A DNA stretch of 64,000 nucleotides from Kiritimatiellia bacterium (lineage in GTDB: Bacteria; Verrucomicrobiota; Kiritimatiellia; JAAZAB01), in assembly GCA_040767085.1 (NCBI GenBank), contig JAXGPF010000006.1, forward strand, positions 32,001-96,000, in the 5' to 3' direction. Made by a program: the position numbers and the translations under genes. Within the stretch, counting starts at the first letter, position 1. Every line of letters begins with the position of its first letter. Below, piece by piece: positions 29,201 through 38,179 of this stretch. The notes under the pieces were generated by a model. It was not told where the DNA came from. It did not search any database and was given only the letters and a program-made list of their open reading frames with translations.

Positions 29201-32200
29201 TTTGATGATCGGGTTGACAATCCAGACATCGGCCTCGGTAAAAGTCCCGTCGCCGTCCATATCCACCCAGATCGGATGGCCGGCGGCGTAGGGCGGCAAA
29301 CCGGCGTCCATGCCGTAGTACACATCTTCCGCGATCAAGTCGCCGGTCATGCCGTTGGACAAGGGCTCGGAGGCGAGCAGAACCTGATCGGTGAACAGGG
29401 TGAACACGCCGTCGCCATCCACGTCCATCCATGCGGTTTTGACCTGGGTGGCGATGGGCGTATTGCTCAAAACACCGGTGTAATAAACATCGTAAGGCAT
29501 CAAGGTGCCGGCCACCGGAGCGGTCAGACCGTTGGTCATCTGCAGCACGCCGTACAAATACGTTGTCCGGTTGGTCTCGCCGGTGCCGGGATCAATCGTC
29601 GTCACAGTGAAGTTCCTGCGCACGGCCTGGTAATCATTATCGGGGTTTTCGTAAGCATCGCTGTAATCCAGCGGGTTCAGCCCGAAATACTCTTCCCACC
29701 AGTCATCCATGCTGTCGCCATCCGTATCGGCATGCGTCGGGTCGGTGCCCAGCAGGTATTCCTGGATGTCCGTCAACTCGTCCCCGTCGGTATCCCAATT
29801 ACCGGCGTTGGCGAAGGTGGGCTTAAGCGTCACCCATCCCAGGTTGGCGCTGGCAGTCAAGCCGCGGGCGAACGCCTCCGCCGAACGCCAGTACCAGAAG
29901 TAATACTCCCAGCCATCGGTCATCTCGTCTTCATCGGTGTCTTCCATCCGTGGATCCGTGCCCGGATCGTCATTCGGCGTCCAGTAAGCGTCGAAAGTAG
30001 TCGCGGAAGTCCAATGCCCGCCATTGGTGGAAATAACTCCGTCGAAACCGCGGCATTCCAGCAGGTTATGAAAAGACGGTCCGCCGGCATAACCTGTTTT
30101 GTCGCTCACCCCCAGCGTTTGCGGAGTGAGCATGCGCGTGCGCCGCAACGGGTACCCGGGAATTGCGCCGGCGATACCATCATATGAAATCCAATAAACT
30201 CCACCGGCCATATCACCGTCCGGCGATTGCGAATCATCCCTGACGGAGACCAGTGCCGGCGTATTGGTCGCCGTGGAGGGAATCCAGTCCCCATCCGGGT
30301 TGCCATAAGCTCCATTAGCCGCGGCGCTGTCCTTGGGATTTAATCCCCATGCGACTTCCCATTGATCTGGCAAGCCGTCTCCATCCAGGTCGCCGGCATT
30401 GTCCCACGGATATTTTTCGCGGCTGAATAGAACTGTAACAATCCGGTCGCTGTCCATCGTCAAGGTGATGGGATTGAGTCGGGAAGGCGAACCATAACTG
30501 CCCAACTCGTTGTTCACCCAGGCCGTACCGCTCCAACGCCGGCCAGTCCATTCAAAGAAATAACTCTTATAGGCCACGCCATCTACCACGACATTGGACG
30601 GGATGGCTGCCAGGGTCACTTCCGTGTCGGAAGGATAATAAAACGATTCCGGATCGTTCGGGATAGGAGTGCCTTCCGGTGCCCGTTGGACAAAACCCGC
30701 GCCCACCAGCCAATTGGAATTGGTTTCGCCGGCCAGGATGACATGCACCGTGAGTTTTTTCGCGGTAAAAGCATAAGTGGCAATGAAATCCGTAATGACA
30801 CCCTCCGTTGTAGTGTGCGTCACAGGGTTAGGTGTCGGCGACCCATACAACGGACCTAAGCTGTTGAAGTAAACGCTATATTCGCCAACCGGCGCATTGG
30901 ATATAGTGGTCTCTCCGGTCCCGTTAAAAGGCCCGGTATAGTCCGAGGGATATTCCGTGATGGTCCAAGTGGCATTGGACAAAACATTGCCGTCGCCGTC
31001 CCGCGGCAGAATATGCAAATCGCCGTATTGCCGGGAGTAACCCCCGGTCACCTCCTGCGGACTGGCGCCGGACAGCACCACCGAAGTATTGGCCGGCTTG
31101 GTGTAACCCACCACATTAGAAAACACGATCGTAACCGTGCCCGTGGGCAGCGGATTCACAACAGTGGAAACCGGCGCACCGCTGCCGTCATGCAAGTGAG
31201 TGTACCGGGTCGCATAGGCGCTGGAATTGGTCAGCAGGGCCGACGGAGCAGAGAACGACCAGTAGGCTGTCGCCTCGGATACAATTCCCGTAGTGACTAC
31301 TGATAACGTGTTGGAATATTTATCGAAGTAAAAATTTGTTATAGTATACACCGGGTTTGCCATTAGCGTCTCATATGGCATCCCCCACGGGCCATTGCCC
31401 CAATACACATCTTGCCCGCGATAAATAAAAGTTCTGTTGACCGCGGTGTCGCCAAAATTATAACTGGCGCCAGACTGATACCAGTTAGCACCGTTATTGA
31501 AACTCCAATACCCCGCATTTATTACGTTACTACCGCCATCCTTTAAATAAATGTATGTAAGTTTTTGTCCACTATAGGTGTAATTACCTATGTAGTCGGT
31601 AGTAACACCGTTAGCATTGGATTTCGAGACTGCGCTGGGAGTCGAATATCCAGCGACCGAACCAAATGTCACTGTGTACGTGCCAACCGGGGCATTGACA
31701 ATAGTCCACTCGCCTGTTCCGGATGTCGAATTAGTATAATCAGTCGGATACTGGGTAATAGTCCATGGGGCATTCGTCAACGGATTGGCATATTCATCTT
31801 GCGGCAGTATATGAATGTCGCCATGTTGCCGGGTGTAAATACCGGTCACCGCCTGAGGATCAGCGCCTGTCACTATATAATTTATATTACTAGGCTTATC
31901 GTAGCCTGGCAGATTGGAAAACACGATCGTGACTGCCCCGGTAGGAAGGGGGGTTAAATCCGTCGGGACCGGCGCACCGTCACCGTAATGTATGTGCGTG
32001 TACTTGGCTTGATACGCGCTGGAATTGGTGAGCATCGCCGACGGAGCAGAGAACGACCAGTAGGCTGTCGCCTCGGATACAATTCCTGTGGTGACTACAG
32101 TAAGCGTATTGGAATATTTTTCGAAATAAAAGTTTGTGATCAACATCACGGGGTTGGAGATCATCGTAGAATACGGCATTCCCCAAGGACCCTGGCCCCA

Positions 32201-33295
32201 ATATACATCTTGCCCTTGATAAATAAAAGTTCTGTTGACCGGGGTGTCACCAAAATTATATGTATCGCCGGACAAACGCCAGGAAACACCATTGTCAAAA
32301 CTCCACTGGCCATAGTTGATGTCGTTGGAAGCTCCATCCCTTAAATAAATTTGAGTCAGTTTACTGCCGCTATAGGTGTAATTGCCAATGTAATCAGTAG
32401 TTACGTCTTTGGCATTTAGTTTTGAGACTGCGCTGGCAGTCGAATATCCAGCAATCGACCCAAATGTCACTGTGTACGTGCCAACCGGGGCATCGGGGAT
32501 GTTGGTCACCCCTGTGCCAAATGTGGAGTTAGTGTAATCAGTCGGATACTGGGTAATCTCCCATGTGGCATTCGTCAACGGATTGGCATATTCATCTTGC
32601 GGCAGTATATGAATGTCGCCGTATTGCCGTGTGTAAATACCGGTCACAGCCTGGGGATCAGCGCCGGTCACGTTAGTGGTTACATTACCAGGCTTATCGT
32701 AGCCTGGCAGATTGGAAAACACGATCGTGACCGCCCCGGTAGGCAAGGGATATAAAGGTGTTTCCACCGGCGAGCCATCACCGTAATGTATTTGCGTGTA
32801 CTTGGCTTGATACGCGCTGGAGTTGGTGAGCATCGCCGACGGCGAAAGGAATGACCAATAGGCATTCGTCTCCGTCACGATGCCCGTAGTGACGACTGAC
32901 AGCGTGTTGGAATATTTAAAAAAGTAGAAGTTAGTGGTAGTATCCAGATCGGGATTGACCACCCAAGTCTCATGGGGCATGCCCCACTGGCCGTTGGAAG
33001 CGTTAATGCTCCAGTAAACATCCTTGCCGCGATAAATAAACTCAATGTCGCGGGAAGTTCCGCCCAGGTCAACGAATGAACCGGAATTATGCCAGGTGGA
33101 GCCGTCGGTATTCAGCCATTCCGTCCCGGACAGATGCGTGCCGTCGGTGGCGCGCAAATACAACCGGATGGCCCAGGCGGGATGCGTGATCAGGGCGCCG
33201 GCGGCGAGGCACAGCCCCAACAGGCAGGCGCGCAGTCCGCGCGCCCAGCGATATCGGCCGGAAATCCGGCTTATTTTATTCAATTCGCGTGTCAT
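23228..33295 (-). CDS. Giant (3355 aa) secreted/surface protein: 3 x 266-aa repeats, DxDGDG Ca-binding repeats, LamG domain, C-terminal FG-GAP/VCBS repeats
   Basis: Signal peptide ending HPAWA; many DxDGDGLPDxWE motifs; FTVEAWVRP...WIHLAGVFDG...IDEVRVWD (LamG); repeated PGDYDGDGRTDLAVY at the C-terminus. Confidence 0.9.
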   Translation of the reverse strand: MTRELNKISRISGRYRWARGLRACLLGLCLAAGALITHPAWAIRLYLRATDGTHLSGTEWLNTDGSTWHNSGSFVDLGGTSRDIEFIYRGKDVYWSINASNGQWGMPHETWVVNPDLDTTTNFYFFKYSNTLSVVTTGIVTETNAYWSFLSPSAMLTNSSAYQAKYTQIHYGDGSPVETPLYPLPTGAVTIVFSNLPGYDKPGNVTTNVTGADPQAVTGIYTRQYGDIHILPQDEYANPLTNATWEITQYPTDYTNSTFGTGVTNIPDAPVGTYTVTFGSIAGYSTASAVSKLNAKDVTTDYIGNYTYSGSKLTQIYLRDGASNDINYGQWSFDNGVSWRLSGDTYNFGDTPVNRTFIYQGQDVYWGQGPWGMPYSTMISNPVMLITNFYFEKYSNTLTVVTTGIVSEATAYWSFSAPSAMLTNSSAYQAKYTHIHYGDGAPVPTDLTPLPTGAVTIVFSNLPGYDKPSNINYIVTGADPQAVTGIYTRQHGDIHILPQDEYANPLTNAPWTITQYPTDYTNSTSGTGEWTIVNAPVGTYTVTFGSVAGYSTPSAVSKSNANGVTTDYIGNYTYSGQKLTYIYLKDGGSNVINAGYWSFNNGANWYQSGASYNFGDTAVNRTFIYRGQDVYWGNGPWGMPYETLMANPVYTITNFYFDKYSNTLSVVTTGIVSEATAYWSFSAPSALLTNSSAYATRYTHLHDGSGAPVSTVVNPLPTGTVTIVFSNVVGYTKPANTSVVLSGASPQEVTGGYSRQYGDLHILPRDGDGNVLSNATWTITEYPSDYTGPFNGTGETTISNAPVGEYSVYFNSLGPLYGSPTPNPVTHTTTEGVITDFIATYAFTAKKLTVHVILAGETNSNWLVGAGFVQRAPEGTPIPNDPESFYYPSDTEVTLAAIPSNVVVDGVAYKSYFFEWTGRRWSGTAWVNNELGSYGSPSRLNPITLTMDSDRIVTVLFSREKYPWDNAGDLDGDGLPDQWEVAWGLNPKDSAAANGAYGNPDGDWIPSTATNTPALVSVRDDSQSPDGDMAGGVYWISYDGIAGAIPGYPLRRTRMLTPQTLGVSDKTGYAGGPSFHNLLECRGFDGVISTNGGHWTSATTFDAYWTPNDDPGTDPRMEDTDEDEMTDGWEYYFWYWRSAEAFARGLTASANLGWVTLKPTFANAGNWDTDGDELTDIQEYLLGTDPTHADTDGDSMDDWWEEYFGLNPLDYSDAYENPDNDYQAVRRNFTVTTIDPGTGETNRTTYLYGVLQMTNGLTAPVAGTLMPYDVYYTGVLSNTPIATQVKTAWMDVDGDGVFTLFTDQVLLASEPLSNGMTGDLIAEDVYYGMDAGLPPYAAGHPIWVDMDGDGTFTEADVWIVNPIIKNELVYKSTPVELHPGVSMFSPFTAWMEGAGQLVLNMTNAAGTASRAVRWPGPDFTARYNNFQEYLGGDYIGRLSWDAAGRVIAVNDDWLFPGRPSATDPSRQDSDSDNIPDGWELYVGLNPNYSGDAGADADGDGLSNLLEWANRAHLLAQGSAYDAKLLPSDPGVILAPAPNDPHPRDTDWDGVLDGVEQTHLTCPTLADTDGDGLPDGWEIFAGANPRFNDANADTDGDGLINWQEYWTGTVTEWQFCNPRWMPPDLFASYQAVKFISRRTMPWDTGIGPRNMDVFLPPHYLSCASFMYANALSGVTQDVAVLRAAFPATNCWGYSGRWGGYENYNTTFAGPSHFFSSRPSITPMDSNVNGMDDFWDVFHCLNPLYINLEGVHYDLGLTRATDSAPGIPGEQVGSASSGPFQNFMELVDYFNTMHATDDANVKLMMVGNLIGPHGHGCPGNDPDGDGLSSFQEYSYYRQAQLHTCPSPLWRTDPYSSANALNPYVFVYFNYKENWSAFGFSSGPSWFPFRFAAMTEGYDTDGDLIGDYQEVTGFRTNDWVAGTDPLDANSPLRNRVLWLDGTNSWCRSYAWSHYGDFTKFTVEAWVRPSRLTAPHDQVIVEKASQYQILGPSGSQLSMLANFQLGIGSNGVPYVLFHGLGSWAEQRASAANLAGQMQTNEWIHLAGVFDGTMLTLYVNGSAAATHRTTDIPARGIEGDYGLWHANCTMTVGGSELIGGWHFPMAGSKFFGGYIDEVRVWDRVLNTAEIQERRLRRLTQEEVGLVLYGNDPYQHGANSLFSYYTFNSLPDPAIEGTAPSELPWRPPLPVDVSYGRLNFSEIYPNYIVIAQDRVRSIPRMLPLDTRVIDQVSLAQPGVEPDGYGISVSNYSEVTLPEDFRNNANPYNFTHRGYGIDMGRGMWLVGKAQGKKPPDTWLSSIDPQDPDTIDSDGDGLPDRWELLYGLDPFDATGVNGRWGDPDADGLSNWAEYMAGTNPMNWDTDGDGLSDYNSRSTTDPYALTWGELYDDGDGMPDTWETEYGLDPKRDDSHLDKDNDGWSNYAEFIAGTDPSNSGSRPSPRVTGRIIYTGQKTGTYRVWGYQVDSMDGPEQASQIGLDNTISEVIGYANGTRSYNGRLPYAPLRAGTAVRISAIMYWWDGQMVYYSYATFTFTGPEAFTYEGEGTGEGVAGRLDYNTGEFFLTWANDEVPAEGNEISVSYPYIDPANPMFGFSGFKEGPVYLAGILDVNGNNQWDEGEPFGVTHGQPYHLGVSDLRDLRIYLHENLPGYHRFKWSLPGSTNISDTNLLTHVIINHTSIAGSPNHFDLNIRAPRNFFHEWDCQRYGFYGMPAGSYRWWAGAQNGTFFINWSLPERAYAVAPRGATLYAARNQFEWTMGTNATMYHLQVARKESDGRLTMVEDRLYPAPGRDRDGICRDYPDAYASEWGNGTYFWRVAGWNPAGQGPWSGDDLGSVQTFEINLNSSYTRTISGKVYYYGKTTATRLVVEAFDNIGFSGMPEARVREAIPRTSDPNKIIPFTIKGLPEGAYYVRAYIDTAPFGGTPSGEWAAWKTQGFVQDNNNMYKPGQLALVNTMQLTGRKLVLRDHDLDNDMLPDAWEMEYFGSLNQTGDTDFDGDGETNYQEYQYSSGVLNPRLLDTDDDGLTDAFEVHYNGLVYGYQPRARGPVLNPTVWDSDGDGYSDGAELRRYNTDPLDRADFPYYRPPCYGPAASPADIDGDGRTDAVVYDPTAGDWHVYTMAGLVDQGQFGDASMTPLTGDFDGDGCSDLALYQAASGLWQVWTMSGDYYNLPFGLANMIPVPGDYDGDMFTELALYDRVTGAWHIYPYNNQQLLSVSHGGPTHIPVPGDYDGDGRTDLAVYDPASGVWSIRTWFGQNSNLQWGGPHEIPVPGDYDGDGRTDLAVFNANTGWWRVYPMNGQPAVEGQFGWYGVIPVPGDYNGDGRTDPAYYYPPTGAWSVLLNGREMSGEFGPAGATPVLGRR
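30760..33170. repeat. Three intragenic tandem repeats, 798-bp period
   Basis: ttggaatattt anchor at 31311, 32109 and 32907; long near-identical blocks such as 31741-31822 vs 32539-32620. Confidence 0.92.
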
Positions 33296-33407
33296 GGCGT
33301 TATTCTCGTTTTGATTATTTGAACCAGGCTTTGTTCTGTCTTTACCATTAAATTAAACTACCATATCCTTGGTTGAGACGCAATGTTTTTTTCTCAATTT
33401 TAAAACA

Positions 33408-33545
33408 CGTAGTGCGCCACTACTTGGCGCAATTCGGATGCCGGACGCCGAACGCCGTTCGGCGCTACAGCCGGAATTCGGACGGCCAAATTGCGCGCCG
33501 GTTGAGCCTGATTTACGGCTGTAGTGCGCTACGGCGTGGCACATT
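33408..33545. repeat. GTAG/CTAC-bounded palindromic (REP-like) cluster
   Basis: gtagtgcgccac...gccgaacgccgttcggcgctaca...tgtagtgcgctacggcgtggc; resembles 11190-11275. Confidence 0.5.
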
Positions 33546-33583
33546 CCGCCTCCGTCATTCCGGTCAAAACACTGGACGCGGAC

Positions 33584-35752
33584 TCACGACTGATCATCCA
33601 TCCGAACGACTTCCACCGGGCATTCGGGAATGGCTTGCATAAACACCCGGCCGTAGCGTCTGGTGGAAATGCGGGAATCCAGCACGACGATGATTCCCTC
33701 GTCCGTGGCGGACCGGATCAGGCGCCCCACCCCCTGGCGGAATTTCAAGACGGCTTCCGGCAGGGAATACTCCCAGAAGGCGTCGCCGCCGCGCGCGCGG
33801 ATCAAATCCATGCGGGCCTTGGTCACCGGCTCATCGGGCACGGCAAACGGCAGGCGGGTGATGATGACATTGCTCAAGGCCTCGCCGCGCACGTCCACGC
33901 CCATCCAAAAACTGTCCAGCCCGAACAAAACCGCCCGGCCGGACTCCCGGAAACGGCGTAGCATGGCATGCCGCGACAGGCCCTGCCCCTGCACCAGCAG
34001 CGGCAAATCCAGCTCCTCCAGAAATGGCGCCAGGCGCTGCGCGATCTCCCGCATCAAGACTGCGTTGGTAAACAGGACAAACGCCCGGCCGCCCGTCTTC
34101 CGGAGAAAAAAACGGATGTTGGTTTCGAGGGCCGCGGCAAATCCCTCCGCACGCGGGTCGGGCATGTCTTCCACGACGAACAAGCGCATCTGGCGCATGT
34201 AATCGAAGGGGGAGTTGACGATCAATTCCGCGGCTTCCGCCCCGCCGATGCGCTCTTTGAAATATTTGATGCTGCCATCGACCGAGAGGGTGGCGGAAGT
34301 CAACACCACCGACTCAAACCCTTTAAACAAAGCATCTTGCAACATGGGCCCAACCTCCACCGGCGCGGAGCACAGGCTGTATTTAATATACCCGGCGCGG
34401 TGGCTGCCGCGGGCGAATTCGGTTTCTACCCAGTAAACCTGGTTGGCCAGGGACTGCCGCATGAAAGCCTGCAGGCTTTCGCACATGGCCTGGCCGCGCC
34501 GGGCCAGGGCGGTCAGTTCCGTCTGCATGTCCAGGCTCTCCGTTGCCTCGGCCTGCCGCTTTAAAATCGCGCTGATTTCACGCAGGCGCTCGGGCAACAT
34601 GCCGGCGCAATCGAGCGGTTGCTGCGCTACCCGCCGGGTCTCGCGGCCTTCCAAGCCGGCCCACTGGTGGATGCTCTCGAAAAAAACCTCCGCATCATGC
34701 CAGGCATGTTGCAGCAACTGGACGCCATCGGCATCGCCCAACGCGACCATCAGGCCGCGCCCGGCGGATTTCCGGCGATGGCTTTCATCCTGGGCGGCAT
34801 CGCCATTGTACAACCGGCGCAGCCAGAATTCCAGCCCGCCCTGGGTCAGGCGCAGGCCGAAATGCTCGCTGGCCACCGACTCGATACAATGCGCTTCATC
34901 CAGCACCAGCGTGTCGAATTCCGGCAAAAAGCCGGTTTCCAGGCCGCTGGCGCCGGGCGCCAGTCCCATGGCAAGATTTGAAAAAAAGAGGTGGTGGTTG
35001 AGAATCAACAGGTCGGCGTCAAACGCGGCGGCCCGGGCGCGCATCAGGAAACATCGCCGGTAATACTGGCACTTGCGATTCAAACAGTTGTCATATTCCG
35101 CGCACACCTGCCGCCATAAATCCGGCGGGGGCGGCTCCAAAGCGCCATCGCTGAAGGCCGATATGCTGCCGTCAAACACGGCCGCGGACGTGGCGACGTC
35201 CCCGGACGTGGCGACGTCATCGGCTCCGGATGCTGCGACGCCGGCCAGTGACATTTCCTCGGCCATGCGCACCAGTTCCTCGAGGTCGGCGGCCTGGTTC
35301 TGGTAGAACAAGTCCGGCCCCAACTGCCGGGCGAGGAACAGGCGGCGCAGGCACAGGTAATTGTTGCGGCCCTTACAAATCACCGCCCTTAAATTCAGGC
35401 CCATCCGGCGCAACAGGAACGGGATGTCACGCCGCGCCAATTGCTCCTGCAGATTGATGGTATAAGTCGAAACCGCGACGGGCTTCTCCCCGCCCTCCGC
35501 GGCCAGGCGCAGTAATGGGGCCAGGTAGGCAAAGGTTTTGCCGACCCCCGTGCCGGCTTCCACCGCCAGATGTTCCGGGGTCAGGATGGCGTTGGCCACC
35601 GCCAGGGCCATGGCGCGTTGCTGCGGCCGTTCTTCGTAAACAAAATCATCGGCATCCGCCGACGGGATGCCGTCCGCCGACGGCGGCCGGCCGGCCAGCA
35701 AGCCGGACGGGCCGAACAAGGCGTCCACATCTTCCAGGATGCCGGCTTGCAT
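33584..35752 (-). CDS. dinG: DinG/YoaA-family ATP-dependent helicase
   Basis: EERPQQ Q motif, EAGTGVGKT, Fe-S cysteines, DEAH, SATL, FWMGVDVRG, QGVGRLIR; start may instead be 35788. Confidence 0.93.
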   Translation of the reverse strand: MQAGILEDVDALFGPSGLLAGRPPSADGIPSADADDFVYEERPQQRAMALAVANAILTPEHLAVEAGTGVGKTFAYLAPLLRLAAEGGEKPVAVSTYTINLQEQLARRDIPFLLRRMGLNLRAVICKGRNNYLCLRRLFLARQLGPDLFYQNQAADLEELVRMAEEMSLAGVAASGADDVATSGDVATSAAVFDGSISAFSDGALEPPPPDLWRQVCAEYDNCLNRKCQYYRRCFLMRARAAAFDADLLILNHHLFFSNLAMGLAPGASGLETGFLPEFDTLVLDEAHCIESVASEHFGLRLTQGGLEFWLRRLYNGDAAQDESHRRKSAGRGLMVALGDADGVQLLQHAWHDAEVFFESIHQWAGLEGRETRRVAQQPLDCAGMLPERLREISAILKRQAEATESLDMQTELTALARRGQAMCESLQAFMRQSLANQVYWVETEFARGSHRAGYIKYSLCSAPVEVGPMLQDALFKGFESVVLTSATLSVDGSIKYFKERIGGAEAAELIVNSPFDYMRQMRLFVVEDMPDPRAEGFAAALETNIRFFLRKTGGRAFVLFTNAVLMREIAQRLAPFLEELDLPLLVQGQGLSRHAMLRRFRESGRAVLFGLDSFWMGVDVRGEALSNVIITRLPFAVPDEPVTKARMDLIRARGGDAFWEYSLPEAVLKFRQGVGRLIRSATDEGIIVVLDSRISTRRYGRVFMQAIPECPVEVVRMDDQS

Positions 35753-35812
35753 TTTATCGGTTGAATTATTCTGGATGGAAGCGATCATTGCGCATATCCG
35801 GCCAATAAAATT

Positions 35813-36065
35813 CCTGAATTTTGCATGAATATTGGCGTTGAAATGATTTGAAGCAATCACAGAGCGTGCAAATTAATTTTTGCACGATTAACTACTGTCA
35901 CCCATATGGTTACGCGAGCATATTTTCCAGAAACGCCAATATTCCCCGGCGGCCGGCCGCGCGATTTTGGCGCGGTGCAGCGTTGGCAAGGGTTCCATGT
36001 ATATGAATACACCATCACCCTCGCCGCCTTGCCCCGCGCCAAACTTGCGCGGTGCAAAATTCAGG
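35813..36065. mobile_element. MITE-like element (253 bp) with CCTGAATTTTGCA/TGCAAAATTCAGG termini
   Basis: Left 22 bp and right ~50 bp nearly identical to 13873-13949; internal palindrome near 35865-35886; no transposase. Confidence 0.65.
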
Positions 36066-36080
36066 AAATTAAAAAAAGAC

Positions 36081-36109
36081 TTGCCCTATCGGGCAGCTTA
36101 TGGCACATT
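36081..36109 (+). promoter_or_regulatory. Candidate sigma70 promoter for tRNA-Gly
   Basis: A-tract, then TTGCCC-17 bp-CACATT with upstream TG, about 22 bp before the tRNA. Confidence 0.4.
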
Positions 36110-36131
36110 AACTGCGAATCAAGCAGCAAAA

Positions 36132-36206
36132 GCGAGCGTAGCTCAGTGGTAGAGCTCTACCTTGCCAAGGTAGATGTCGAGGGTTCGAATCCCTTCGCTC
36201 GCTCCA
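36132..36206 (+). tRNA. tRNA-Gly (GCC)
   Basis: Acceptor stem GCGAGCG/CGCTCGC, D-arm AGCTCAGTGGTAGAGC, anticodon arm CTACC-TTGCCAA-GGTAG, GGTTCGAATCC T-arm, encoded CCA. Confidence 0.98.
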
Positions 36207-36257
36207 TCTTCTTCCGTCGTCCCTGCCATCCCGATGGAGGTTGGGAGCGGATTTTTT

Positions 36258-36380
36258 TCTCTCACAAAGCCACAAAGTCACCAAGCAAGCATCATTCCTC
36301 CTTCGTGGCTTAGTGTCTTTGTGAGAGATCATTTTCTCCGTCTCTGCCCCTCTGTGCCTATGTGCCTTTGCCCCTCTCTG
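36258..36380. repeat. CACAAAG/CTTTGTG imperfect palindrome plus CTTTGTGC-like short repeats
   Basis: tctctcacaaag...ctttgtgagaga; same architecture as 54929-55030. Confidence 0.65.
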
Positions 36381-38004
36381 TTTGTCTGAAAAACCGGATC
36401 AGGGCGTTGGTCGAGGAATCGTGCTGCAAGTCCGGTTCCGCTGGGCTCTGCAACTCCGGCAGTATTTTCCCGGCAAGCTCCTTGCCCAATTGCACACCCC
36501 ACTGGTCGAAGGAATAAATCTGCCAGATTACGCCCTGGACGAAAATTTTATGCTCATACAGGGCAATCAACCGCCCCAGCACGGCCGGCGTCAATTCTTC
36601 GGCCATGATGGTGTTGGTGGGGCGGTTGCCTTCAAAAGTCTTGTGAGGAATCAAATCGCCCGGCACGCCGGCCGCCTGCAGTTCCGCCGGCGTGCGCCCG
36701 AAAGCCAGGGCCGCGGTCTGCGCGAAGAAATTCGCCATGAGCTTGGCGTGATGATCGCCGGTGGGATGATGCGAACGGCAGAAACCGATGAAGTCCGCCG
36801 GCACAAGCTTGGTGCCCTGGTGGATCAACTGGTAGAAGGCATGCTGGCCGTTAGTGCCCGGCTCGCCCCAGATGATCGGCCCGGTCTGCCACGCCACCCG
36901 GCGGCCGCGCCGGTCAACATACTTGCCGTTGCTTTCCATGTCCGCCTGTTGCAGGTAGGCCGGGAACCGGCACAGGGACTGGTCATAAGGCAGGATGGCA
37001 TGGGTCTGGGCGTCGCAGAAATTGTTGTGCCAAATCCCCAGCAACGCCAGCAGCACCGGCAGATTCAGTTCCGGCGGCGCATCGCGGAAATGGTTGTCCA
37101 TGGCATGGAACCCGTCCAGCATCTCCGAGAAATGCTCCGGACCAATGGCCAGCATCAGGCCCAGTCCCACCGCCGAGCAGAGGGAATACCGGCCGCCCAC
37201 CCAATCCCAGAACTCGAACATGTTGCCGGCGTCAATCCCGAATGCCCCGACCGCCTCGGCATTGGTGGAGACAGCGACAAAATGCCGGGCCACGGCCGCG
37301 GACTGCTTCAAGGTGTACAGCAGCCAGTCGCGCGCCGTCAGCGCGTTGGTCATGGTTTCCTGCGTGGTGAATGTCTTGGAGGTGACGATGAAGAGCGTCT
37401 CCTCCGGGCACATCTCCCGCAACGCTTCGCACAGGTGCGTAGCATCCACATTGGACACGAACCGCACCTGGAGCTCATGCCGCGCGTAGGGTCGCAGGGC
37501 CGCGCAAGCCATCGCCGGCCCCAGATCGGATCCGCCGATACCGATGTTGACCACATTGCGGATCGGCTTGCCGGTGAATCCGCGCCATTCGCCGTCGCGC
37601 ACCGCCGCGGCAAATTGCCCCATCTTGTCAAGGACGCGGTTGACTTCCGGCATGACATCCCGGCCATCCACCAGGATCGGCGTATTGGAGCGGTTGCGCA
37701 GGGCGATATGGAGCGCCGCGCGATTTTCGGTGCGGTTGATGGCCGCGCCGGCGAACATGGCCGCGCGCGCCGCCGGCAGCCCGCACGCCGCCGCCAGCGC
37801 CTGCAGCAGGCGCATGGTTTCCGCCGTGATCCGGTTTTTAGAGTAATCCAGCAATAACCCCGCCGCTTCCACGGTAAAATGCCGCGCGCGTTCCGGGTCC
37901 GCCGCGAACAATTCGCGCAAATGCGCCGTCCGCATCTGCACGGCATGCGCCGCCAGCGCCCGCCATTCCGGCAGGTCCGTCAAAGGTTTGTCCAAATTAA
38001 GCAT
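36358..38004 (-). CDS. pgi: Glucose-6-phosphate isomerase
   Basis: [54 protein letters not shown]. Confidence 0.99.
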   Translation of the reverse strand: MLNLDKPLTDLPEWRALAAHAVQMRTAHLRELFAADPERARHFTVEAAGLLLDYSKNRITAETMRLLQALAAACGLPAARAAMFAGAAINRTENRAALHIALRNRSNTPILVDGRDVMPEVNRVLDKMGQFAAAVRDGEWRGFTGKPIRNVVNIGIGGSDLGPAMACAALRPYARHELQVRFVSNVDATHLCEALREMCPEETLFIVTSKTFTTQETMTNALTARDWLLYTLKQSAAVARHFVAVSTNAEAVGAFGIDAGNMFEFWDWVGGRYSLCSAVGLGLMLAIGPEHFSEMLDGFHAMDNHFRDAPPELNLPVLLALLGIWHNNFCDAQTHAILPYDQSLCRFPAYLQQADMESNGKYVDRRGRRVAWQTGPIIWGEPGTNGQHAFYQLIHQGTKLVPADFIGFCRSHHPTGDHHAKLMANFFAQTAALAFGRTPAELQAAGVPGDLIPHKTFEGNRPTNTIMAEELTPAVLGRLIALYEHKIFVQGVIWQIYSFDQWGVQLGKELAGKILPELQSPAEPDLQHDSSTNALIRFFRQTERGKGT

Positions 38005-38179
38005 GGTGTTTGATCTCCCGTCCGTGGTTCACCCGCCGCCCGCCATGGTCGGCCGATCGCAGCTCACGGATAATGCCGCGCTGTTTGCCAAACCGCTCCA
38101 TACTACCGCGCCGCGGAAAAAATTGCAAATCCCGCATATAAGCTTGCCTATCCGGCGCCGGCCGCTTATATTTTCCGGC

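Noticed and set aside
30760-33170. Possible diversity-generating retroelement TR/VR pair
   Set aside because: Repeats are in-frame tandem domains, differences are not evidently adenine-specific, and no reverse transcriptase is in the window
36132-36206. tRNA as integration site of a genomic island
   Set aside because: No integrase and no duplicated tRNA 3' end seen; flanked by dinG and pgi
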